Source: Octopus sinensis (lineage: Eukaryota). From it: a stretch of 64,000 nucleotides of DNA. The notes under the pieces were generated by a model. That model was not told the DNA's origin. It did no database searches and worked only from the letters and a program-made list of their open reading frames with translations. Shown here piece by piece: positions 50,235 through 63,436 of this stretch. Location: NCBI RefSeq assembly GCF_006345805.1, contig NC_043001.1, positions 15,810,001-15,874,000 of the forward strand, read 5' to 3'. The translations under genes and the position numbers were made by a program. Every line of letters begins with the position of its first letter. The stretch's first letter is position 1.

Positions 50235-51112
50235 ATAATTATTATAAATCTTCCACTGAGGAGTCACCTGGTTTCCAACAAATAGACAAAGCTCCATCTT
50301 TGGGATGTAGTTAACAAACAAATTCACATTTGGAACTTGAGAAAAATCTTGCATATTTTTACTGTTCCGCTCACAGACTTCACTTGTAATGTAGGAATTA
50401 GCCCGTCGAGTTCTCTTTCTGAAAATCCCAGTTTATCCAGATTCTCCTTTAAGCATTTACTAACAAAACCCAGTGCACCAAATATTATTGGTATGAATAT
50501 GAATTCATAGTCTGGATATAGAAGCTGGAGGCTTCGAAGCAGTTGTCCATAGATATCCATTTTTTCTTTGATTTTCAGAAAGATATTTATATCTGTAGGG
50601 CTTCTCACCTCTATGACGGTACATAGATTTGCCCCTCTGTCCCAAACGACAGTATTCGGCTTGTTATGTTTACATTTGACAGAAGTTTTGATAGGAATAA
50701 TCCACCATTATTTTTTGAATTGGTGTTTATAAATATATTCCATAACAGAGGGATTTTCTGAGTTTATTTCAGGACAGTCTTTCTTGAGGGTGGCATTGTA
50801 AAATGTTTTAGCATCGAGAGGTAGTACCGTGACGACATTTTAGGACAGCTGCTAATCACATGCGTGATGTCGTCTACATAAATATGACATAGCCTACACA
50901 TGCGGTCGCACCTTGGGATTTCAAGAGCGTCACTGTCTCTCTTGTTCACTAGGTCCTTTGTGGTAATCTCCTCTTCCTGGATTGCAAACGCGTAGCCTTT
51001 AAAGTGTGATGTGATGTAGTGATCTTGTGTCCAAGAGAGACTACGCTTCATGCCAACTCTACTGTCTTCTTCAAGCTTTCGGTCAACACCCGTGCATAGT
51101 CATTTTTGTGTG
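50235..51112 (-). pseudogene. 3' fragment of a second RLE-endonuclease non-LTR retrotransposon (R4-like)
   Basis: FAIQEEEI, CRLCH..DDITHVISSC (CCHC), WWIIPIKT..KHNKPNTVVWD..VIEV, KIKEKMDIY and IPIIFGALG. Frameshifted; ends near taa repeats. Confidence 0.85.
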
Positions 51113-51288
51113 TGTGTATGGTGAGTGGGGTAACTTAGCAGTTCGGCAAAAGAGACCGATAGAATAAGTACTGGACTTACGAAGAATAAGTCCTGGAATC
51201 GATTTGCTCGACTAAAGGCGGTGCTCCAGCATGGTCGCAGTCAGAATGACTGAAACAAATAAAAGAGTAAAAGAGTTATATATATATG

Positions 51289-51361
<73 letters not shown>

Positions 51362-51579
51362 TATACATGCATATATGGGTACAAGACGTCACCGACTGTT
51401 TAAACAACATGAAATACGTAGACAAATGAATTAAATACGTAAACGAGAGATAAAAAATGGAAAACAGGACAACTAAACACAGGGAAACGACCCTTCGTCA
51501 ATTGTCGGTTATCTAACCTTCACACACACACACACACACACACACGTTTATGAACGTGTGTGTGTGTGAGTGCGTGTGT

Positions 51580-51614
<35 letters not shown>

Positions 51615-52339
51615 TGTGTGCGCGTGTGTGTGTGCGTGCGTGAGTGTGTATACATTAACTCATACAAGTCGTAATATTGAACCTTTTATGGAATCTGCTA
51701 AAAATTGTCCTTTGAAACAGCTGTACGCACACATACACACGCACACACACTCACACACAAGCACACACATACACACATACACGCACATTGACAACACACA
51801 TACACACATTGATACATTCATACACGCACGCACTTGCGTACAACACAATGTAATTCTGAAGTAATGAACGAGATTTAACAATCGGGAAACGTAATGTCGT
51901 GGAAATACAGAGTTTCATACACCTAAACACACAAAAGCATGTAACACAATAACACATGTTCACACAAATGAGGAAACACACACACACACACACACAGACA
52001 CGTACTTATATGTGTGTGTGTGGGAATATATGTGTGTGTGTTTTACACACATGTACATATACATAATATCTCACGGTGGAATAGATATGGTTTAATAATA
52101 GAGGATGATAGCGGTAGTGGTGGTGGTGGTAATGTGGTAGTGTTTGGGTGGTATGTGGTGGTGTGTGGTGTAGTTTGGTGTTGTGTGTGTTGGTGGTGTT
52201 GTAGTGTGTGGGGTGGTGGTTTGGTGTTAGGTGGGTGGTGGTTGGTAGTGGTGTATGGTGTGGTGTTGTGGTGTTAGTGTTGGTGTGTGTGGTGGTGGTG
52301 GTGGTGTAGTGGTAGTGGTGGTGTTGTAGTGGTGGTGTG

Positions 52340-53065
52340 TTTGACGGTGGTGGTGGTGGTAGTGTTGGTGTTGTAGGTGGTGGTGGTGTTGACGGTGGTG
52401 GTGGTGGTAGTGTTGGTGTTGTAGGTGGTGGTGGTGTTGACGGTGTGGTGGTAGTGGTAGTGTGTTGGTGTGTGTAGGTGGGTGGTGTTGAGGTGTGGTG
52501 GTGGTGGTAGTGTTGGTGTTGTAGGTGGTGGTGGTGTTGACGGTGGTGGTGGTGGTAGTGTTGGTGTTGTAGGTGGTGGTGGTGTTGACGGTGGTGGTGG
52601 TGGTAGTGTTGGTGTTGTAGGTGGTGGTGGTGTTGTTGACGGTGGTGGTGGTGGTAGTGTTGGTGTTGTAGGTGGTGGTGGTGTTGACGGTGGTGGTGGT
52701 GGTAGTGTTGGTGTTGTAGGTGGTGGTGGTGTTGACGGTGGTGGTGGTGGTGGTGTGTTGGTGTGTGGTGGTGGTGGTGTTGACGGTGGGGTGTGGTAGG
52801 TTGGTGTTGTAGGTGGTGGTGGTGTTGACGGTGGTGGTGGTGGTAGTGTTGGTGTTGTAGGTGGTGGTGGTGTTGACGGTGGTGGTGGTGGTAGTGTTGG
52901 TGTTGTAGGTGGTGGTGGTGTTGACGGTGGTGGTGGTGGTAGTGTTGGTGTTGTAGGTGGTGGTGGTGTTGACGGTGGTGTGGTGTAGTGTTGGTGTTGT
53001 AGGTGGTGGTGGTGTTGACGGTGGTGGTGGTGGAGTGTGGTGTTGAGGTGGTGGTGGTGTTGACG
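52340..53065. repeat. GT-rich minisatellite, ~48-bp unit (gttgacggtggtggtggtggtagtgttggtgttgtaggtggtggtggt), ~14 copies
   Basis: Periodicity is visible in the DNA and as the 16-aa repeat HHHRQHHHHLQHQHYH in the minus-strand ORF. Confidence 0.9.
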
Positions 53066-54258
53066 GCGGTGGTGGGTGGTGTAGTGTTGGTGTTGTGTGG
53101 GTGGTGTTGACTGGTGGTGGTGTAGTGTTGTGTTGAGGTGTTACATATCACCACACGTGGCACACGGTTGTCAATATTTCACAAGCATTTGGTGTGCGAC
53201 ATGGATGTTGGGTTTTGTGCAGTGAATGTACACAGTATACCTATGAGTTTACATGACACACACAAACACACAGACGCACACGCACATTGCACATACGAAT
53301 ACATGCATACATGCATAATTACACACACACATACGCACACAAACACACACACACACACACATGCCTGCATATGCGTGTATGAAAAACTAGCTGAGCAGAC
53401 ATTCATAATTTCGTATATGCACACAGTTCTGAGTGTGTGTGTGTGTGTGATTGTGTGTGTGTGTGTGCGTGTGTATGTGTATAGTGTATATTATATATAT
53501 GTACTGTGTGCATGTATGTATATGTGTGCGTGTGTGAGTGTGTGTGTGAACGTTTCTGCTATCAGAATAAAGAGGTCCTTTGTGTTTTGTAATATATTAA
53601 AAAAAAAACTACAAAAATACTCTACACGAACAAAAAAAACATAAAGCAAAAGTAGGGCAATGAAAATCTTCACACACACACACACACACATACACACACG
53701 CACGGACACACACACACGCTCACACACACAACCACGAAGAAAAACATACACAAACACACTCATATTATATAATATATATATATATATATATGCATGTATG
53801 TATGTATGTATGTAATGTATATATATATATATGTATATTATATATATATATATATATCTATATATATATATATAAGTGTGTGTTGTGTGTGTGTGTGCGT
53901 TCGCGCATGTATATACACACGTGCGCTCGCACACAATGTTAGTGTCAATATACGGAGTGTGTATACACATACAACTGGTTACCCGCCAACGACAGAACCT
54001 TTGTGAGAGAAAACAGCTAAATCTGCCTCAAATCATCACATCCTTAATGTCTGTGACGTGGGAAGAACACGTTAGACGATGTAGTCCTAGGTAGACAAAT
54101 ACCTGGGTAAAAGAAAGATAAAGCCGAAACGAGCATGTATGTCTTGAACGGTTTTGTTTCTGGGCGCCTTAATCTGGTTTGACCTTGGGCTAAAGAAAAA
54201 CAACAACAACAGTAACAGCAGCAGCAGCAGCAGCAACAACAACAGCAACAATACCACT

Positions 54259-54643
54259 GATGGAAGCACTCCGTCGGCTACGACGACGAGGGTTCCGGTT
54301 GATCCGATCAACGGGACAGCTTGCTCGTGAAATTAACGTGTAAGTGGCTGAGCACTCCACAGACACGTGTACCCTTAACGTAGTTCTCGGGGATATTCAG
54401 CGTGACACAAGAGAGTGACAAGGCCGGCCCTTTGAAATAAGGTACAACAGAAACAGGAAGTAAGAGTGAGAGAAAGTTGTGGTGTAAGAGTACAGCAGGG
54501 ATCACCACCATCCCCTGCCGGAGCCTCGTGGAGCTTTAGGTGTTTTCGCTCAATAAACACACACAACGCCCGGTCTGGGAATCGAAACCGCGATCCTATG
54601 ACCGCGAGTCCGCTGCCCTAACCACTGGGCCATTGCGCCTCCA
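54259..54643 (-). mobile_element. Full-length SINE family B with 13-bp TSD
   Basis: TSD caacaataccact at 54246-54258 and 54644-54656. Intact tRNA-like head. Confidence 0.9.
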
Positions 54644-55407
54644 CAACAATACCACTTGTCGCTGGACAACTGATATTTGGTTACATTGTTATACGTATAT
54701 AATAACAGGTGTGGTTGTGTGGTGAGAAGTTTGTTTCCCAACCAGATGGTTCCGGGTTCAAATCCCACTGCGTGGAACCTTAGGCAAGTGTAATCTTCTA
54801 TATCCTCGGACCAACTAAAGCCTTGTGAGTGGATTCCGTTGTTTGATCCACTGAATTATCTGCTTCTAAATTAACATATTACAGGCCGAGTATTCCACAG
54901 ACACGAGTACCCTCAGCGTCATTCTGGAGCAGAATCAGTATGCTTCATCGTGTGACACAACTTTACTTATTGGATCAGAGTTACTATCTACTTGGTGGGC
55001 TTCTACATAGTTTCCCAGTTTTACTCATCAGATAAGAGTCAACCGGAAGCTATAGAAAATTACATTTCCTCGAGATACCATGCATTGAGATTGAACCCAG
55101 GACATCGAGCTTGCTAAGCGAAGTTCTTAATCAGTTGGACGTAATGCGCCTACTTTGCACATACTTGGACGAGCATACATACGAACATATATACATACAT
55201 ACGTACATACATATACATATATACGTTCATACATACATATACGTATATACGTTCATACATACATATTACGTATATACGTTCATACATACATACATATATG
55301 CATATATGAGATAGCTATATATATATATATATATTATATATATATCTATAATATTATATATATGTATATATATATATGTATATATATTATATACATACAT
55401 AAATATA

Positions 55408-55463
<56 letters not shown>

Positions 55464-55696
55464 ATATATATATTATAATATATATATATAGTGTATATGT
55501 ATATATATTATATATATATATATATAATCTACGTTCTGAGTTCAAATTCCGCCGAAGTCGACTTTGCCTTTCATCTTTTCGGGCTTGATAAAACAAGTAC
55601 CAGTTGCATACTGGGGTCGTTGGAATCGACTAGTCCCCTCTCCCCAAATGGCTACCCTTGTGGCAAAATTTGAAACCACTATTATTATTAGTATTA

Positions 55697-55905
55697 AGGC
55701 GGCGAGTTGGCAGAATCGTTAGCACGCCGGGAAAAATGCTTATCGGCATTTCGTCTTCTCTACGTTGAGAGTTCAAATTTCGCCGAGGTCGACTTTGCTC
55801 TTCATCCTTTCGGGCTCGATAAACTAAGTACGAGTTGAACACTGGGGTTGATGTAATGGACTAGTCCCTTCACCCAAATTCCAGGCCTCGTGCCTATAAT
55901 AGAAG
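55697..55905 (+). mobile_element. SINE family C
   Basis: aaggcggcgagttggcagaatcgttagc...gagttcaaat...ggcctcgtgcctataatagaaga. Confidence 0.85.
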
Positions 55906-56540
55906 AGATTATTATTATAATCAATCGGCAGAAGTAACAGATTGACTCAGGGGCGCGTGAATCACGTGCGTTGGAACTCAACAAATTAGTTTCAAATTAT
56001 GGGAATTGATTTATCTAGACCGGTCAAAATGAGGATTCTCTGGGTTGTTCGAGAATAAATTATAAAAGCGTGTATAAGGTCACGTGAATAATGCATATTA
56101 TTTCAAACGGTTTTCCCGTTAAGCACTTCAATAATGAATAAATAAACGCGATCAAAGTAAATTAAAAGGAGGGAAAGGATATAATATGCATACATACATA
56201 TACATATAAATAAATGTGCCGATATATATATATGCATGCGTATATGCAACTTCTGTGACTTCTGCCGATTAATAATTTTTTTTTTTATTGATGGTACAGG
56301 GCCTGAATTTGTTGGGGAGGGGGAAGCATATTACTTCGACCCCCGTGCTCCACTGGTACGACCCCGAAAAGATGAAAGGCAAAGTCAACCTCGACGGTTT
56401 TTAATTTTTTTCCTGTTTGTATCACCAAACCTATACATACATTACATACATAACATACAATATACATACATACATAACATACACACACACACACGCACAC
56501 ACACACACACACACACAACACACACCACACACACACACAC

Positions 56541-56574
<34 letters not shown>

Positions 56575-56575
<1 letters not shown>

Positions 56576-56707
56576 GGAAAGATGGCTCATTTGGAAAAGC
56601 GGTTTACACCCCGCAACATGTCTAAATTCAAGAAGTGAACTTTTAGGATCATGTCCACGTATGGCTAAATATTTGTTACGTTTTTGGTCTCTCTCTCTCT
56701 CTCCTCT

Positions 56708-56743
<36 letters not shown>

Positions 56744-57125
56744 CTTCTCTCTCTCACACCACACCAACACATATTACTGTATATAATCTGGAAAGATGGC
56801 TCAGTTGGAAAAAGCGGGCTTACACCCGCAACATGTCTAAATTCAAGAAGTGAACTTTAAGGATCATGTCCAAGTGTGGCTAAATATTTGTTACGTTTTT
56901 GGTCTCTCTTCTCTCTCTCAACCACCAACACACACACACACACAACACACACACACACATATATATATATATATCTGAAAGATGGCTCATTTGGAAAAGC
57001 GGCTTACACCCCGCAACATGTCTAAATTCAAGAAGTGAACTTTAAGGATCATGTCCACGTGTGGCTAAATATTTGTTACGTTTTTGGTCTCCTCTCTCTC
57101 TTCTCTCTCTCTCCCACACACACAC
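56575..57125. repeat. Tandem triplication of a ~115-bp unique unit plus microsatellites
   Basis: gaaagatggctca.ttggaaaagcgg...aattcaagaagtgaactt...ggctaaatatttgttacgtttttggtc at about 56575, 56789 and 56976. Confidence 0.9.
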
Positions 57126-57604
57126 ACACACCATATCGTTTCTTTACAATGTTGCTACCGAGCAAATATAACTGGCCGCTCTAAAGAAATTCTCAACTTA
57201 CAACCAAGAAACACATACATATATATCATAGTCCAAGTCTATAGTAGAAGACACTTGCCTAAGGTGCAACAGGAGGGGCTTGAACACCAAACTATGTGCT
57301 TGGGCACAAACTTCTTACCACATCGACGCGTGGAGCAACGCGAAAGGATGTGCGAACAACACGAAAGGAAGTGACTCAACACACCGCTCGGTCCTAGAAT
57401 CGTACTCACAGTCTTATGATCGCGAGCCCAAAATCTTAACCATTAGGGCCCGCGTTGTCACATCCACTTAATTTACGTTTTCGAAAAGCTGTGGGATTTC
57501 CGGCAATGCAAAGGCAACGTGTTCATTAAAGATGTTTCTGTGGGCACAAACTCAGCTATTTTTAGTCGTTTATCGATACCATCGATTTTGGTACTCGATT
57601 GATA

Positions 57605-58164
57605 TTTGGTTGTCCGGAAAGTTCGTGCCGATTTTTAAAGGAAAGAAAAAGGTCAATAAATACTTGCCATTACATTTTTAATCAACCAATATGAACCATT
57701 TTGTTGCACATGTCTCCATCTTTCCTTTAACTTGAAAATACCTCTTCCAAGAATTGTGGTGGTTTCATGGCAAAGAATTCAATCAAGGTATCTTTTTACG
57801 TCATCCAGGGAATTGAAATTTTTACCATTAAGACTATTCTGCAGAGACCTGAATAAGTGGAAATCCGAAGGAGCAATATCTGGGGAATATGGAGGGTGGA
57901 GTAACATCCCAGCCGAGCTGCAGCAATTTTTGTCTGGTTCCCAAAGCATCAAGTGCCGAAAATGAACTTTCTTATCTTCCATTTTAAAAGGTTACAGAAT
58001 TAACACAGCTTATAGGAACATAAACCTTCTTCCACGTAAAGATAGCTTAAACTGTGCTCTAAATGGAGGTGTAGTCAAATCCTATTTTATGGACTCAACC
58101 ATGTTCTAAAATAAGTCGAAAGGTAAGCGACTATAAATCGGTACGAACTTTCCGGACAACCCAA
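57605..58164 (-). mobile_element. Internally deleted mariner transposon with 30-bp TIRs and TA TSD
   Basis: TIRs tttggttgtccggaaagttcgtgccgattt / aaatcggtacgaactttccggacaacccaa, flanked by TA. ORF 57779-57982 fuses the N-terminus MEDKKVHFRHLMLWE to HPPYSPDIAPSDFHLFRSLQNSL. Confidence 0.95.
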
Positions 58165-58582
58165 TATTTTATTTTATTGCTCCTGGCGGTGTGATAAGCA
58201 AAAGTTTTCTTCAGCTGGGACTGAAATCGGGCTGCAAAAAGTCAGAAGTAACCCCTGAAAATTATGCAAGATTATTTTTAAGCTCTAATGACATGTGGTA
58301 ACTTTCCACCGTTGTTGTTACTTTCAGATTCCAGCTGAGGAGTTTTTTTTTGTGTTTTTCCTGGGTGGGAGCCAGTCATTTCTTTATATACGAAACAGGG
58401 AAAGAATTTAAAAAAAAGGGTATGAGTGGCTGTGCGGTAAGAAACTTGCTTCACGATCACATGGTTCCGGGTTCAGGCCCACTGCGTGGCACCTTGGGCA
58501 ACTGTCTTCTAATATATCCTTGAGCCGACCAAAGACTTATGAGTGGATTTGGTTGACGGAAACTGAAAGAAGCCCATTGTGT

Positions 58583-58657
<75 letters not shown>

Positions 58658-58888
58658 GTAATATAGGTGTATAAAGGTTGAACGTGGATTCGTTTTATAA
58701 TTGGAGGTTTCCAAACGAAGATTACTAATGATGATTCTTCATACTTTATTGGGAGCTTACAGGTGTAAATTTGCGAAGATATGAAAGTAGTACTTATATA
58801 TAATGTATGATGTATTGACGGAAAGAAGTTCCAAATATACCATCAATTGATGGGCTGTATGGAACTTCATTCCATAGATTCATCATAC

Positions 58889-58926
<38 letters not shown>

Positions 58927-59261
58927 TGTATGTATGTATGTATGTATGTATGTATGTATAAAAGATACAAAAATGGGACAAGAACGCAAAACATCCAGAG
59001 GATACAAAGAAAACAAGGACGGGTCATTCGGAGTTTTCTTTCCTCAGTCGAGTTCCAGATTATCTTTGCAATTTCGGCTAGTTATAGTCGATATTGCTCC
59101 AATCTGACCAGCCCCAAGGAAAAACTAAGCTAAGAGCACTAGATTCCTTGGAAGAAAGCAGCGAATGTATACGAAAAGAAGGACGGAAAAAACGGAGAAA
59201 GTTACACAAATACAAATAACAGGACATAACAACAGATGTCTTTCGACTAAGGACGAATTAG

Positions 59262-59361
59262 NNNNNNNNNNNNNNNNNNNNNNNNNNNNNNNNNNNNNNN
59301 NNNNNNNNNNNNNNNNNNNNNNNNNNNNNNNNNNNNNNNNNNNNNNNNNNNNNNNNNNNNN
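59262..59361. other. Assembly gap (100 N)
   Basis: Run of N. Confidence 1.
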
Positions 59362-59409
59362 GACGACCAAGTTGATGAAGGGGGAGTAATAACGGGTGGT
59401 GGCGGTTGT

Positions 59410-59875
59410 GACGGTGATGGTTATGATGATGATGATGAATGCGATGATGAGGATGGCGATGATGATGATGATGATGATGATGGTGATGATGGTGATGATG
59501 ATGGTGATGATGATGATGATGATGATGACGACGACGACGATGATGATGATGATGATGATGGTGATGATGACAATGATGATGATGATGGCGATGTTGATGA
59601 TGATGATGGTGATGATGACAATGATGATGATGATGGCGATGTTGATGATGATGGTTATGAGGATGATGATGATGATGATGATAATGGTGATGATGATTAT
59701 GAGGATGATGATAATGATAATGGTGATGATGATTATGAGGATGATGATAATGATGATGGTGATGATGATGATGATGATGATGATAATGGTGATGCTGATG
59801 ATGATGGTGATGACAATGATGATGATGATAATGATGATGATGATGATGATGATAATGGAGATGGTGATGATGAAG
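59410..59875. repeat. Imperfect (GAT)n tract
   Basis: Direct reading of the sequence. Confidence 0.95.
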
Positions 59876-60149
59876 GTTGAGATAAACAATGCCGATGAAA
59901 ATGGCGGTGTTGATGGTGGAGATGACAATGATGACAACGAAAGTGATAGCGGTGGATATTCGTCTATAAAATTGCTGTTGTGTCGGTGTTGTTGTTGATG
60001 TTGTAGTTGTTGTTGTTATTGGTGATCTTGTGACCTTTAATCCCTCCCCCCACACGCCATCCCACCGTCACTGACCTTGAGATAATATTGACATATAAGA
60101 GGTTCACACCATTCGCATTCTATTTAACTTCTATTCATTCACACAGTCT

Positions 60150-60199
<50 letters not shown>

Positions 60200-60984
60200 C
60201 GAAACACATGCACACATACACATACATATACATGTCTATACATATGTTTGTTTATATATATATTTGATACGTATGTGTGTGTGTGTATATTATATATAAT
60301 ATATATATATATATATATAATACACACACATATATATATACATATATATATGCACATATATATACGCATATACACATATATACACACGTATATACACATA
60401 TATACACACACATATATATACACATATATACATATACACATACATATACATATGATGTATACAAGTATACATATACATACACACATATACACACACACCA
60501 ATGTATATATATATACAACGCGTGCATACACAGACACCAAAATCGCATAGTTTTCCCAGGGAGACATTTTCCCCAAATCCTTAAATTTTCCCAGGACCCA
60601 GAACTAAAACAACCACAGTCTGGGCTCTCTCTGTTTGTTCCCACAAATTACCTCCGATAATTTATATTGAATATTTACCATCCATTTTCTCTCGACTAAT
60701 TTAGATTTCCAGTCAAAGACGGAAGCTTCTAAGTGGTCATGCAAACTGCTAGAAATCAACAGTGAAACCTCTCTCTACAGTTGTTTCTTGAAGGGAAACA
60801 TATTTGAGTCGTTCTTGCGTGTTGTACGTTAAGAGTCAGAGACACAAATTATGACATGTCGAATCTTAAACATTTACAAGAATCGTGTTGATTCGTTTTC
60901 CATTGTAAAATTTAAGTATCCAGGTGGGTATTAAACAAAAATCGTTTACCTGGAATGTATGTTGGGTTCTTTGAAGACGAAATT

Positions 60985-61605
60985 GTTGATTGCTTCACTT
61001 ATCACGCCAGTGAGGCTCATAGTAGCATTTGCTGCGAGGCTGCGAGTTTGAAGCCCTAAAAAGACTTGAACACGCTGGAGCAGTTGTGACTAATTGGACA
61101 AGGGTGTTTGGTGCAGCCGATGTCTGTGCAAGAAGAGAACGTTTCGGGTCCTTAGGTATCTGAACCTCCTTGTCCTGCGTTTTAGTTTTGAGGCTTAGAC
61201 ACTGTAGGGATTCTTAGGAGCCGCATGAACACCTTTGGAGCCAAGATGCATTGCAGGATCATGCTTACCATTGGTCGGATTTCGTATCCACCCACCGAAT
61301 CTACTTAGAAATAGGATGCATCCAGTTACTTGTATGATTCGGGTGCCCCAGTTCAGACTTTGGCTACGTTTCTCGATTTTCCGAGTTACCATGTTCACTT
61401 CACTGAAGAGGCGGATGGGTTGACGTCCCGTGTTGGTCAGCCACACGCCGTATGGTCACAACAGATGAAGAGGTATCTCGCAGAGATGGGGCCTGTCTGG
61501 GACTCCATTTGACGGGTTGCCTGGAAGAACCTTGGAATATACCATCAAATGCAGAAAGCAACAACGTGCTGTAACGCTGCATTGCCCCTACATCTAACCT
61601 GATCC
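60985..61605 (+). pseudogene. Decayed 3' end of an RTE-clade LINE
   Basis: VDCFTYHAS (FTYLGS), LDKGVWCSRCLCKKRTFRVLRYLNLLVLRFSFEA*TL (LVLPVLLYGCETWTL), WSDFVS, VTCMIR, VGQPHAVWSQQMKRYL (GRP..W). Many stops and frameshifts. Confidence 0.8.
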
Positions 61606-61968
61606 AAAACGTGTGACGTCAAACAAAATAGCGAGTGACATCACTTAAAATCTATTTCTTCACCTGAAAATGGTAACTGCTAATTCCAGAGCACCATAAA
61701 AAGTCACGTGATTTTTCTTTATATTGTCTGTCAAATTTACAAAAATGCCAATGATTTGTGCTTCCCAACCAATTTTCTGTGGTCAGAAAATGCTCATTTA
61801 ACTGTTGTGACGTACGTGACAACACATGGATGTGACATTTTCAAGAGAACTATTTCCTATATCTTTTAAATAATGTAAATTTGGAAAAAAAAAGTGTCTC
61901 AATATCGATAATTGGTCCAAAAGTAAGCATTTCAACACACCTTTGCAGGTATATAGTGAATTTTTTCT

Positions 61969-62390
61969 GCGCAGGAGTGGCAGTGTAGTAAGTAGTTTGC
62001 TTATCAACCACATGGTTCCGGGTTCAGTCCCACTGCGTGGCACCTTTGCCAAGTGTCTTCTACTATAGCCTCGGGCCGACCAAAGACTTGTGAGTGGATT
62101 TGGTAGACGGAAACTGAAAGAATCCCGTCGTATATATGTTTATGTATATCTGTGTGTGTGTGTGTGTTTGTGCGCCTGTGTTTGTCCCCGCGACATCGCT
62201 TGACAACCGATCCTGGTGTGTTTACGTCCCCGTAACTTAGCGGTTCGGCAAAAGAGACCGATAGAATAAGTACTAGACTTACAAAGAATAAGTCCTGGGG
62301 TCGATTTGCTCGACTAAAGGCGGTGCTCCAGCATGGCCGCAGTCAAATGACTGAAACAAGTAAAAGAGTAAGAGAGAGAGAGTAAAAGAG
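61969..62390 (+). mobile_element. Full-length SINE family A
   Basis: Matches 44295-44704. Confidence 0.9.
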
Positions 62391-62829
62391 TATTCTGAAA
62401 ATCGTTGAAAGCCCGTTTTCGCTTAATTTTCATGAGAATTACTCATTTGATAACAAAGTTCTAAATGCTTTCTGTATGAACATAACACATTATTCCTCAC
62501 TGATATACCTAATGAGTGCTATTTTTCTAGACCAGCCACACGAAGAGACGGTATGTCTCTACAAATGGTATATATATCCACAAACGGTATATATAAACAA
62601 ACGGTATATATCCAGAAGCTATAACTAGAAACCTAGCAACAGGTTTAAGTAGCAGAATTTCCATTTTATCATCGATAAGGAAATATTCATGAGGGACGCC
62701 TCTGTTATAAAAGAAAAACTTTAGCCAGGTTCGGTTGTAGTAAGTTGGAAGAAACCTCTGCTCATCCGAACTCGAAGAGAACTATGAGGCAGGCATTAGT
62801 CTAGTTACAATACTCCACTATTATTTAGA

Positions 62830-63436
62830 CAGAGCGGGAAATATTTAGAGGTTTCTATCTCTTCTGATGCAACACTCCGACTCCAAATATATACCAAAAC
62901 TATTCAATTAACATAATGTTAAGATAGGTCAATCTTGTCTAGATATAAGATCGCTTCCATTATTACACCCTACCACCAAGAGCATAAATTTCCCACAATA
63001 AGTGCTCTACAATCCTTGCATAATTTTTTAAATTAGGTACTTACCCATTGAGAGAATTTTCTCTTTAAAACTCGTGGAATATATTACTGCATTTACCCCA
63101 CCAGGTGAAATATACGGAAACTTACCGCTAACGACCTCAAGGGATAACGAACTTTTAAATTACTCTAGGTCTGGTACAGAGCGAACTCTGCTTTCTTTTC
63201 TAATTTCATTTAGAAGCTTTGAAACCAAGAGCATGAATACCCCACTTCATCTTGAAAGGTTGTCGATAAATCTCATCCACACACTAACAGAGCAAGTCAT
63301 TGCAGACTCTGTTTCTCTGAGAAACAGTATAACCTTAAGCAGTATCTCTAAACAAGAAATCGTAGATGAGTTCCAGATGCCATCATTGAAGAGTACTTCT
63401 CTTGGGTTACTTTCAGTCGTTTCGGCCAGAAAATAA
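62830..63436 (+). pseudogene. Very old CR1/L2-type LINE remnant
   Basis: KYLEVSISSDAT (about KYLGVxISSDL) at 62840, and VPDAIIEE (about WNxLPxxVVE) near 63370. Weak match, recognised by eye. Confidence 0.35.

Noticed and set aside
51093-51112. Partial similarity to miR-153 arms (tgcatagtca / gtcatttttgtg)
   Set aside because: Overlapping short matches with no hairpin; lies in the LINE coding remnant (KMTMHG on minus).
54570-54643. tRNA gene (also at 23460 and 6663)
   Set aside because: tRNA-like SINE head continuing into SINE core and tail, with a TSD; no acceptor stem or poly-T terminator.
59125-60055. Poly-Ile/His/Met ORFs
   Set aside because: (GAT)n repeat, and some of the ORFs run through the N gap.
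63074-63436. 120-aa ORF as a host gene
   Set aside because: GTG start and no recognisable domain; the region looks like old LINE debris.
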